Positions 25,654-33,149 of a stretch of DNA of 53,172 nucleotides are shown one piece after another (position 1 is the stretch's first letter; the number at the start of each line of letters is the position of its first letter). The stretch is from a virus (lineage: Duplodnaviria > Caudoviricetes). The notes under the pieces are model-generated. The model saw nothing but the letters and a program-made list of their open reading frames with translations, ran no database searches and had not been told where the DNA came from. Made by a program: the position numbers and the translations under genes. The stretch is taken from positions 1 through 53,172 of IMG/VR virus record IMGVR_UViG_3300032239_000223; one strand, 5' to 3'.

Positions 25654-25989
25654 TTAAAAAGGGATGTCATCAAAGTCTTCGGGAATGTAGCGCGCCTTGC
25701 GCTCAATCACCGGCCTTGGGTATATGAACATGTCGACGGCCTCGCAGGCCCCGAACTCTTCATAATTCTTGTCGATGTACGCCTGCGCCTCTTCCTGCGT
25801 GTCGAATGCCTCCATGATGTGTGGCATGGTGCCCATGGTCGCGTCGGTGTAGGGGCAGTATGCTAGGGCCTCCACCATGACCACGTGTTTGCCGGCCTCG
25901 TGTTGTGCCTGCGCCTCTTCCATGGTCTTTGTGACCCTGTGCCACTTTTGCATTTTGGCCGTCTCGTATGCGTTTTGGAAATCGTTCAT
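25654..25989 (-). CDS. Early hypothetical protein
   Basis: 111 aa ending DFDDIPF (SSB-tail-like); stop inside the repeat. Confidence 0.65.
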   Translation of the reverse strand: MNDFQNAYETAKMQKWHRVTKTMEEAQAQHEAGKHVVMVEALAYCPYTDATMGTMPHIMEAFDTQEEAQAYIDKNYEEFGACEAVDMFIYPRPVIERKARYIPEDFDDIPF

Positions 25990-26183
25990 TATTTTGCCCC
26001 TTGTGCTTGGTTGAATCGTTTGAATGCGTCGTAGCGCAGGACCGCGTTTAGGTAATTGAAGTAAGTCTCATGGCCACCGGCCTCCCACTTGTCCGCGGCC
26101 GCGCACTGCTCTTCGTACGACGGGAATTCTTGCGTGGTGAACTGGCCGGCCCTGTCAATGATGTACAGTGGAAACTTTCTCAT
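25989..26183 (-). CDS. Early hypothetical protein
   Basis: 64 aa, coupled. Confidence 0.6.
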   Translation of the reverse strand: MRKFPLYIIDRAGQFTTQEFPSYEEQCAAADKWEAGGHETYFNYLNAVLRYDAFKRFNQAQGAK

Positions 26184-26458
26184 TTTGTCAACTCCTCAAT
26201 GTTTTGTGTGAACCCGATAACGTGCGCGTTTAAGCGATCTTGGTCTGTGACCTCTGCGAACAACTCGTGTTTGGTAATGCCTTTGGTGGCCTTGGGGGCC
26301 AGTGTCCAAATGACAAACTTGTAGTCACCATTGAAATAGTCCACAGTGACACAGACGCCATGCGCGGCACTGTGTGCGGCCTTTGCGGCCTGCTCGGCCA
26401 TCTTTTTGTAGTAGATAAAACCCCCGACGTCGTCGGTGTATGGTCGTGCTGTTGTCAT
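26180..26458 (-). CDS. Early hypothetical protein
   Basis: 92 aa, coupled. Confidence 0.6.
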   Translation of the reverse strand: MTTARPYTDDVGGFIYYKKMAEQAAKAAHSAAHGVCVTVDYFNGDYKFVIWTLAPKATKGITKHELFAEVTDQDRLNAHVIGFTQNIEELTK

Positions 26459-26553
26459 CTTGGTGCGTCCTCGTAATTGTCAGGGTTGAACTTGGGCACG
26501 TTGGTGCCCTTGTCTTTGGGGTTTGGGAATGGGGGGAATGGCCAGTTTGTCAT
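26455..26553 (-). CDS. Very small protein (32 aa) with WPFP motif
   Basis: MTNWPFPPFPNPKDKG..., ATGA overlaps on both sides. Confidence 0.55.
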   Translation of the reverse strand: MTNWPFPPFPNPKDKGTNVPKFNPDNYEDAPR

Positions 26554-26645
26554 GGTTTCATTACGTAAAGAAAATAGTAAAACAACGGGCCACCGATTAG
26601 GGCGGCCAGTATCAGGGCCTCGATTAGTTCGCGCAGGTATTTCAT
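26550..26645 (-). CDS. Very small membrane protein (31 aa)
   Basis: MKYLRELIEALILAALIGGPLFYYFLYVMKP, GAGGAG RBS. Confidence 0.55.
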   Translation of the reverse strand: MKYLRELIEALILAALIGGPLFYYFLYVMKP

Positions 26646-26830
26646 GCTTTGAACTCCTCTTTAATCTTGTTGTACTGGTACAGCGCGTCGTTGAGCATGT
26701 TGTTGGTGTCTGTGCGCTCTTCGCGTGTCAGGCCCTCGCTGTGCTCGTCTGCCAAATACTTGGCCATGCTATACAGTAGTCCGACGTTTAGTTCTGACCA
26801 CTGTTTTTGTGTGATTGTGATTGTCTTCAT
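26642..26830 (-). CDS. Early hypothetical protein
   Basis: TAAGGAGCACGAC-ATG leader. Confidence 0.6.
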   Translation of the reverse strand: MKTITITQKQWSELNVGLLYSMAKYLADEHSEGLTREERTDTNNMLNDALYQYNKIKEEFKA

Positions 26831-26840
26831 GTCGTGCTCC

Positions 26841-27053
26841 TTAAATGAAAAAATTGCCCTGCCTGATTGAATCGAAAATGTCAGTGATCGCGACATATTC
26901 ACCATACGCGACGGCCCTGTCAAAATCTGTTTTGTCTTCGATTTGGTTTGTGCCGTTATCAGGCACAAAACCCCACATGGCCTCCATGCGGGTTATCTCG
27001 GTCTGTAGTTGGTTGAGTAGGTTTTGCTTGTTGAATCGTGCGCGGACTGTCAT
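26841..27053 (-). CDS. Early hypothetical protein
   Basis: Identical TAAGGAGCACGAC-ATG leader. Confidence 0.65.
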   Translation of the reverse strand: MTVRARFNKQNLLNQLQTEITRMEAMWGFVPDNGTNQIEDKTDFDRAVAYGEYVAITDIFDSIRQGNFFI

Positions 27054-27316
27054 GTCGTGCTCCTTAATTGTTTGATGAATTTGATCAGGCCTGCCTTGTT
27101 GGGCTCGACGCATGCGGCCTGTATGTATTTGCCTGCGTAATTACTGCCACTCCATTTGTCGTCGTGCTCGAAGACAAAATCGTCGTATCCCAATGCGTTG
27201 CGAATGCCAACTGCATTGGTGTTGAATTGCTCCATCAGGTCCGACACAAAAATGCGTCGGCCTGTTGCGATGTATTGGTCGAGCACGTATGCCCTGATCG
27301 CGTCTGCGTTTTTCAC
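27050..27316 (-). CDS. Early hypothetical protein
   Basis: GTG start overlapping the upstream stop. Confidence 0.55.
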   Translation of the reverse strand: MKNADAIRAYVLDQYIATGRRIFVSDLMEQFNTNAVGIRNALGYDDFVFEHDDKWSGSNYAGKYIQAACVEPNKAGLIKFIKQLRSTT

Positions 27317-27471
27317 GACGCCACCCACTCTTCGTAGGTTTTGAGGGGCGCGCCCTCGCGTGTAATGTCGCCACCTTTGCCGTCGTCAGCACAGGCCAAG
27401 TAGATTTGATACTCTTGGTCGTTGGTGCCTCGGGCCTGTGTCTGCCAGTCTTGCGTGTACTCTAGTTTCAT
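27313..27471 (-). CDS. Early small protein (52 aa)
   Basis: MKLEYTQDWQTQARGTNDQEYQIY...PLKTYEEW, directly after a repeat core. Confidence 0.7.
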   Translation of the reverse strand: MKLEYTQDWQTQARGTNDQEYQIYLACADDGKGGDITREGAPLKTYEEWVAS

Positions 27472-27550
27472 GGTTTTCTCTTGTTGATACTACTATGGTC
27501 AATTGGGGGTGAATTGATCTGCAATGGCCTGATCCACAGGCCATCACGCA

Positions 27551-27931
27551 TCATTTTGCCGGCACGTAATAACCCTGCACTCGCGTGCGTGGTCCGCACT
27601 TGGCCATGTCCAACTGTGTGCCGTTGATCAGGGCAAACACGTGGCCGGTTTTGTTGATCACTAGGCGCTCATGCTTGGCGCCATCCTCGCGCATAAACTG
27701 CGCCAGTGTGGGCCTGTCGTTGCGCTTGATGTATGTCAGGCCCTTGCTCGCATAGGCCGCGACCACCTGCATGCGTGGCACACCACGTCGGTTTTTGCGG
27801 CCGAATGCGGCCATGAGCGCGTGCGCCTCACTATATGGCATGTCGGCCACATGGGCCAATGCGCGCACTGTGCAATCACGCGCCTCTGTCACGTGCCGGC
27901 CGTCCGGCACTGTCTTTTTGAATTTAATCAT
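27551..27931 (-). CDS. Early protein with DCxVRA...H motif (possible papain/C39-like fold)
   Basis: RDCTVRALAH and later GHVFALING..D. Confidence 0.6.
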   Translation of the reverse strand: MIKFKKTVPDGRHVTEARDCTVRALAHVADMPYSEAHALMAAFGRKNRRGVPRMQVVAAYASKGLTYIKRNDRPTLAQFMREDGAKHERLVINKTGHVFALINGTQLDMAKCGPRTRVQGYYVPAK

Positions 27932-27941
27932 GGTGTGCTCC

Positions 27942-28127
27942 TTAGTCAAAATAAACGTTGCTGAAACCGGCCTGCTCCATCAACTTGCGCATGTCTCGTT
28001 TGTGTGCGTCTTCGACGCGAAAACCTTCCCATGCTTTTGTCTCGGGGTTGTGGCCAACTACCCGCACAGGGTAATAAATGTTTTGGCCTTTTACTTTGGC
28101 GTCTAAGAATGCTTGGATCTTGTCCAT
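27942..28127 (-). CDS. Early hypothetical protein
   Basis: AAGGAG RBS after a repeat core. Confidence 0.6.
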   Translation of the reverse strand: MDKIQAFLDAKVKGQNIYYPVRVVGHNPETKAWEGFRVEDAHKRDMRKLMEQAGFSNVYFD

Positions 28128-28216
28128 GGTTTGCTCCTTTTGGTTACTGATACTACTATGGTCATTTGGGGGTGAATTGATCTGCAATGGCCTGCACGCA
28201 GGCCATCACGCATCAA

Positions 28217-28960
28217 TTATGCTGTCGCGCGCTGTTCTGTAAACCTGCGGGCCTTGTTGCCATGCACAATGATCACTGGGCTCGCGCCGGTCGATTTGGT
28301 CGTGCCGTTACACGCGCCGCATGTGTCACACAGTTTGCGCTTACCGGCTTCTTCACTGGCAGGGCATACAAACTCGCGCTCCTGCAGGGCCTCGGTGGCC
28401 AAGCGAATGCGGAAATAACGCAAACCACTGGCGCGGGCCTGTTGGGCCTCTGCCACGTTGTCTACACTGGCCATGGTCAACTGGGCAATGTCTGCCCTAT
28501 GGTCCATTGGCAGGGCCTCGTTGGCCCATTGGTGTGTGTACCCTGTGCGGCCTGCGGCCTGCGCTGTCAGGGCCTGCCATACGTTGGCAGGAACCGCGGC
28601 AGGGTCGCCATACGTGCCGAGACGCACCATGCGACCGGCCACCATGGTGCCCACATCGGCCGGTGTGGCGTCAGGGTATTTGCCTGCTTGCATGGTTTTG
28701 AAAACCACTGTAGGACCTTGGGCCACGACCACATAGCACGCGCCGCCTAAAAATGGCCGGTGTTTGCAATTGCCACAAATCGCGCTGTCCGCGCCAGTTT
28801 GGACGGCCAGTGTAGGGCGCATGTCGTCGCGCAGAATATAGGTCTGCACCATGTTGCCTGTCTTGCGGTTACTGGACCCAAGCAGGGCAACGGCCACAAT
28901 GGGTGTGCCGTCTAGCAACGATGGGCCGCGATAAATTACAAAGCCGGTGGGTTTTTTCAT
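28217..28960 (-). CDS. Cys-rich early protein, possible Fe-S/radical-SAM-like enzyme
   Basis: S.N.KTG, CGNC...CYV, RLGTYGDPAA, GYTHQW, MASVD, CPAS...CDTCGAC. Confidence 0.65.
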   Translation of the reverse strand: MKKPTGFVIYRGPSLLDGTPIVAVALLGSSNRKTGNMVQTYILRDDMRPTLAVQTGADSAICGNCKHRPFLGGACYVVVAQGPTVVFKTMQAGKYPDATPADVGTMVAGRMVRLGTYGDPAAVPANVWQALTAQAAGRTGYTHQWANEALPMDHRADIAQLTMASVDNVAEAQQARASGLRYFRIRLATEALQEREFVCPASEEAGKRKLCDTCGACNGTTKSTGASPVIIVHGNKARRFTEQRATA

Positions 28961-29018
28961 GGTGGTTTCTCCTTGGTTGAAAATAATCTGCAATGGCCTG
29001 CATGCAGGCCATCACGCA

Positions 29019-29285
29019 TTATTTGCTTGTGATGTAATACTGGACGTTGCTCTTTTTCTCGTCGCCTACATACTGCAGGTCGTCCTCGTCGGTGGGGACC
29101 CAGTACTGTGGGCCGCGCTTTTTGGAATAGTCAACGATGGCCTGTCGTGTGATGCTCTTCGCGCTGTAGTCCAGCGGGATTGCCTCGGCTTTGTCGTTCA
29201 GGTCCATACGTTGGACCATCATTCTGGCGCCGCGTGTGTTTGTTGCGGGTTTGAATGTTGCTTTGAAAAGTGTAATGATTGCCAT
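29019..29285 (-). CDS. Early hypothetical protein
   Basis: PATNTRGAR motif; AGGAGG RBS; stop abuts a hairpin. Confidence 0.65.
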   Translation of the reverse strand: MAIITLFKATFKPATNTRGARMMVQRMDLNDKAEAIPLDYSAKSITRQAIVDYSKKRGPQYWVPTDEDDLQYVGDEKKSNVQYYITSK

Positions 29286-29370
29286 GATGGCCTCCTTTTG
29301 GTTGGTGATACTACTATGGTCAATTGGGGGTGAATTGATCTGCAATGGCCTGCACGCAGGCCATCACGCA

Positions 29371-29670
29371 TCAATTGCCTTGGGTGTCGGCCTGATAGGC
29401 CTCGTCCCATGCGTCCATGAATGGTTCCACTGACCAATCCATCATCGTCTCTTCGGGTTCGAGGCCGTATGCGCTGACCTTGGCCCAACCGACCACGTTG
29501 TCGTCGCTGTCACGCACGCGCAGGTCTGCCTCTTCTACAGACTTGACCGCGTCCATGATGTCCTTGAAACCTGTGGATCGTTTGACCTGCCACTCTTCAC
29601 CATCAAACACCGAAATGGTGCATTGTTTGGCTAATGAGTATTTGATAAAGTGAATGTATGCTGTTTGCAT
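29371..29670 (-). CDS. First early gene, hypothetical
   Basis: ISVFDGEEW.VKRS motif; follows the most upstream repeat core. Confidence 0.7.
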   Translation of the reverse strand: MQTAYIHFIKYSLAKQCTISVFDGEEWQVKRSTGFKDIMDAVKSVEEADLRVRDSDDNVVGWAKVSAYGLEPEETMMDWSVEPFMDAWDEAYQADTQGN

Positions 29671-29886
29671 GGTGTGTTCCTTTGGGGTTTGGTTTACTTA
29701 CACTACTATGGTCATTTGGGGGTGAATTAGGATCAGCAGTAGACGACCGACTAGGGAAATCGCGTGACGTTATATATTAGTGCAATCACGCTAGACAGGC
29801 CCCTAGGCCTCGCGTGCGCATGCAACATAGTGCACAGGCAATTAGGCAGACATGCAATATAGTGCATGTTGTGCGCGTGCCACACT

Positions 29887-30186
29887 AGCAAGATCCGTGC
29901 CATGTCCACGTTGGCATGCTTCTTGCTATTAGCAACATACGTGCCACTGTGCCTTGGCATGCTTCTTGCTAATAGCAACATACGTGCCATGTCCACGTTG
30001 GCATGCTTTTTGCTTGCCATGCAAGATCCGTGCCAGCTTGGCCTGCATACTATACCCAGTAGGGTATGCGCCTCGGTGCCTACTATACCCAGTAGGGTAT
30101 GCGGCCGAGCGGTACTATACCCAGTAGGGTATGCGCGATACCCCTACCAGTATGGGTATGCTGTCCACGTTGGCATACTTCTTGCT
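29887..30186. promoter_or_regulatory. Array of eight sigma54 (-24/-12) consensus sites in alternating orientation
   Basis: TGGCA-N6-TTGC(T/A) with exact GG-N10-GC spacing: plus 29911, 29954, 29998, 30170; minus 29887, 29931, 29974, 30020. Confidence 0.75.
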
Positions 30187-30316
30187 AGGGGGCGTTGTTT
30201 TTTAGCGACACCCCATTTAGGGTCCCATCGGACTACCGGGGCGGGGGGCCCCCACAGCCAGCAAGTTTTTGTAATTTCCGCCATAATTTTTTTTACATAT
30301 ACCCCCGGGGGTATAT
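30048..30316. repeat. Five TACC-N5-GGGTA palindromic boxes (CsoR/RcnR-operator-like)
   Basis: TACTATACCCAGTAGGGTATGCG three times (30048, 30081, 30113), a variant at 30145, and the perfect palindrome ATATACCCCCGGGGGTATAT at 30297-30316. Confidence 0.75.
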
Positions 30317-30383
30317 AGACCCTGCTGTCAGTGTGGGTATTTGTAACACCCTCAACCTCATAATTTCAAAACTGTATACCTAA

Positions 30384-30510
<127 letters not shown>

Positions 30511-30547
30511 ACCGATTTCTGGGCCATATACCCCCCACCAAAAACTG

Positions 30548-30577
30548 GGGCACAAACAGCCGCATCCATGGGTGATT
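30548..30577 (+). promoter_or_regulatory. Phage bipartite promoter copy (GGGCA-N15-ATGGGTGATT)
   Basis: Upstream of the intein-like/TerL operon; same spacing as the other copies. Confidence 0.65.
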
Positions 30578-30587
30578 AGGGTTAGAC

Positions 30588-31460
30588 ATGGGAATCGACG
30601 CACGTACCCCCATTCCCACCACTGCCGGATGGCAGTTAGCAAGGTTTATCAAACCGGGGGATGAGGTTTTTGATTACACGGGCCTGCCCGTCATGGTTGT
30701 TTCTGTTCAGGAGTACACGCCGGTGGTGTGTCATAAGATCTGGACCAAGGACGGCCTGACGTTGGTGGTGGATAGCCGCACTGGCATTCCGGTGTACGAC
30801 AGCAAGTTATTCCTCACACTGTCTAAGTGGGGGCGCAAGCAACAGCCCAAAGAAGATTACATTCTCCCCATCTACGCGCCACAGAACCTAGCCACCATAG
30901 ACACGGGCTGGTGCAGAATGCCAACGTGCTACCCAATCAAACCCACAGCCAAGCCGCTACCCCTCCACCCCTACGACATGGGTGTGTGGATAGGGGACCC
31001 ACACAGGGACAGGCGCACCCACGTAACCTCCAAGCTGATCGAGAGTTACGGCAAGATACCAGACCACATTCCAGAAGAGTACCTGTTCTCATCCTTTGAG
31101 CAACGACTGGCTATACTCCGGGGGGTATGCGCCTCCAGACCAAAGTGCCACAGCAAGGTCTCGGCCAAGTTCAGGTTCTACATTAAAGACCTGCGGCTGT
31201 TCAGGTCAATCCACAACCTGACAGAGTCCCTAGGTATCAGGACAGAGATAGCACAACACCAACACCAGTTCTACATGGTGTTTAGGACCAACCTCATGTT
31301 GGTCGAGGACCAGATTCCTGTGCGCCGGCCGCACTACGAAGAGATGCGCAGGATTACCCATGTTACCAGTGTGGACATTAGACCCTGCATGCACATCAAG
31401 ACCGAAGACCCGAACAACACGTTCCTAGTAAGCGAGGGGTACCTGACAGTATGCCTATGA
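30588..31460 (+). CDS. Free-standing degenerate intein (Hint + LAGLIDADG-like) protein
   Basis: TPIPT..GW...I.PGD.VF...G.P..V (block A region), PY.MG.WIGD, HIPEEYLFSSFEQRLAILRG, HI..EDPNNTFL (block F); ends GYLTVCL rather than HN. Confidence 0.75.
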   Translation: MGIDARTPIPTTAGWQLARFIKPGDEVFDYTGLPVMVVSVQEYTPVVCHKIWTKDGLTLVVDSRTGIPVYDSKLFLTLSKWGRKQQPKEDYILPIYAPQNLATIDTGWCRMPTCYPIKPTAKPLPLHPYDMGVWIGDPHRDRRTHVTSKLIESYGKIPDHIPEEYLFSSFEQRLAILRGVCASRPKCHSKVSAKFRFYIKDLRLFRSIHNLTESLGIRTEIAQHQHQFYMVFRTNLMLVEDQIPVRRPHYEEMRRITHVTSVDIRPCMHIKTEDPNNTFLVSEGYLTVCL

Positions 31461-32896
31461 ACGACACACAGCAAAAGCTACTCAAGGCGTTTGCAGACCA
31501 AAACAAGGGATGGCCCAAGGAGCAACTGGATCTGGCCCTGTGGCGTGTGAGGTGGGAGCTAACGGCACTACCGCACCAACAAGAGCCGGAGGACGGGGAG
31601 TATGACACGTTCTTACTTTTGGCCGGCCGAGGTTCGGGCAAGACGCACACGGCGTCCAACTGGCTTGGATTAAGGGCGGCGATCTACGACAAGACCCGCT
31701 GGTTGGTGACGGCCCCAACATCAAACGACATTCGCGCAACGTGCTTCGAGGGTGACTCAGGCCTCTTAAACATCATACCCCCGTCACTGGTCAAGGACTA
31801 CAACAAGTCGCTGTTTGAGTTGACGCTAAAAAATGGAAGCATGATCCGCGGCATCCCTGCGTCTGAGCCAGAGCGCTTCCGGGGTACGCAGTGGCACGGC
31901 ATGTGGGCAGACGAGTTGTGTGCGTTCGAGTACATCGACGACGCGTACGACCAAATTCAGTTCACGTTGCGACTGACAGACCCGCGCATCGCTAGGGTAC
32001 AGTCGATCATCACCACCACACCCAAGCCACTGGAACTAATCACGGACCTGAACGAGGGCAAGGTCGGCGGCGACGTGTACGTGTCCCGTGCGTCCAGCTA
32101 CGACAACAGGTCAAACTTATCCAGCACGTTCTTCAAACAACTAGAAGCGTACGAGGGCACGGACCTAGGACGTCAGGAGATCTACGGCGAGATCTTGGAC
32201 CCAGAGAACGCGGGTATTGTCAAGCGTAAATGGTTCAGGAACTGGCCGGCACACAAACCAACGCCGACGCTGGAGTACGTGCTGGTGTCATACGACCCAG
32301 CGACCTCTGAGAAGACACACAACGACCCGACCGCGTGCATCGCGTTGGGTGTGTTCGAGCAAGATGACTTTGCAACAAGTTGCATTTTGCTCGACGCGTG
32401 GGACAACCACCTGTCGTACCCTGAGTTGCGGCGTAAAGTCATTGAAGACTACAAGGAGGTTGTGTATGGAGCAGACAACACCTTTGCCAAGGGCAAGAAA
32501 ACGGACCTCATCTTGATGGAAGATAAGTCGGCCGGTATCAGTCTGATACAAGAACTACAGGCCGCGCACCTGCCGGTGCGGTCATACAACCCCGGACGCG
32601 CGGATAAGGTGCAGAGGATGAACATTGTGGCGCCGTTGATTGCAAAAGGGCGGGTGTACGTGCCAGAAGACCCTGAAAACCCGGGCGAGGTGGCCCCGTG
32701 GGCCAAGCGTTTCATCAGGCAGGTGTGTTCTTTTCCCGAGGCCAAGGGCCACGACGACTACGTTGACGCACTTTCACAGGCCCTGCGCGTTCTAAGAGAC
32801 TCAGGTTGGCTCCAGTTGGACCCACTGCCGGCGCGAGACTACGTGCACGCAGACGACATAGCGCGAAACAGGGTGAATAACCCCTACGCCGCGTGA
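31451..32896 (+). CDS. terL: Terminase large subunit
   Basis: AGRGSGKT Walker A, WADE Walker B, TTTPK, YDPA nuclease motif, HDDYVDA. Confidence 0.95.
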   Translation: MPMNDTQQKLLKAFADQNKGWPKEQLDLALWRVRWELTALPHQQEPEDGEYDTFLLLAGRGSGKTHTASNWLGLRAAIYDKTRWLVTAPTSNDIRATCFEGDSGLLNIIPPSLVKDYNKSLFELTLKNGSMIRGIPASEPERFRGTQWHGMWADELCAFEYIDDAYDQIQFTLRLTDPRIARVQSIITTTPKPLELITDLNEGKVGGDVYVSRASSYDNRSNLSSTFFKQLEAYEGTDLGRQEIYGEILDPENAGIVKRKWFRNWPAHKPTPTLEYVLVSYDPATSEKTHNDPTACIALGVFEQDDFATSCILLDAWDNHLSYPELRRKVIEDYKEVVYGADNTFAKGKKTDLILMEDKSAGISLIQELQAAHLPVRSYNPGRADKVQRMNIVAPLIAKGRVYVPEDPENPGEVAPWAKRFIRQVCSFPEAKGHDDYVDALSQALRVLRDSGWLQLDPLPARDYVHADDIARNRVNNPYAA

Positions 32897-32901
32897 TTTT
32901 C

Positions 32902-32940
32902 GGGCACAAACACCCTCTTTTATGGGTGATTGGTTATAGG
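32902..32940 (+). promoter_or_regulatory. Phage bipartite promoter copy (GGGCA-N15-ATGGGTGATT-GGTTATAGG)
   Basis: Intergenic after terL; shares GGGCACAAACA with the 30548 copy. Confidence 0.7.
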
Positions 32941-32951
32941 AGGCCCCCTGA

Positions 32952-33149
32952 ATGCACAGTTCATCGCACACAAAAGAGATCAGACAGTGTGGTTGCAGGA
33001 TGTGTCGCTACATCCGAGCACGCGGCGAGTCATTCTCTGTGTGGGGCCCAGTTAGAGCAGGGTATCGAGACATGTTGAAAGACATTGTCAGGGGCGGGGA
33101 CCTTGAAAACTACAACAAAATTTTAAAAAGCCGAGATTTCGATGCTTAA
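32952..33149 (+). CDS. Small hypothetical protein with CxCxxC
   Basis: AGGAGG RBS; CGCRMC. Confidence 0.55.
   Translation: MHSSSHTKEIRQCGCRMCRYIRARGESFSVWGPVRAGYRDMLKDIVRGGDLENYNKILKSRDFDA

Larger units (their letters stand above)
25141..29728 (-). repeat. Dispersed intergenic cassette repeats (six ~30-bp promoter-like cores, four hairpins)
   Basis: Cores (plus strand GATACTACTATGGTCAWYTGGGGGTGAATT) at 25141, 25626, 27486, 28149, 29307 and 29702. Hairpins ATCTGCAATGGCCTG-N4/5-CAGGCCATCACGCAT at about 27517, 28180, 28986 and 29338. Confidence 0.9.

Noticed and set aside
25141-29728. CRISPR array or true integron interpretation of the dispersed repeats
   Set aside because: The intervening segments are 0.3-1.8 kb of whole genes rather than uniform spacers. 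No cas operon or tyrosine integrase is seen, and the hairpins lack attC RYYYAAC/GTTRRRY ends.
29810-29880. Additional sigma54 sites upstream of the array (tgcaacatagtgcaca, tgcaatatagtgca)
   Set aside because: They keep TTGCA but lack the GG at -24; possibly decayed copies, so not counted.
30048-30135. Mini-CRISPR from three 23-bp repeats
   Set aside because: Spacers are only 9-10 bp.
29751-30318. ORFs 29751-30020 (-) and 29866-30318 (+)
   Set aside because: Translations of the DNA-level repeat arrays; no RBS, and the repeat periods (43-46 and 32-33 bp) mostly do not preserve frame.
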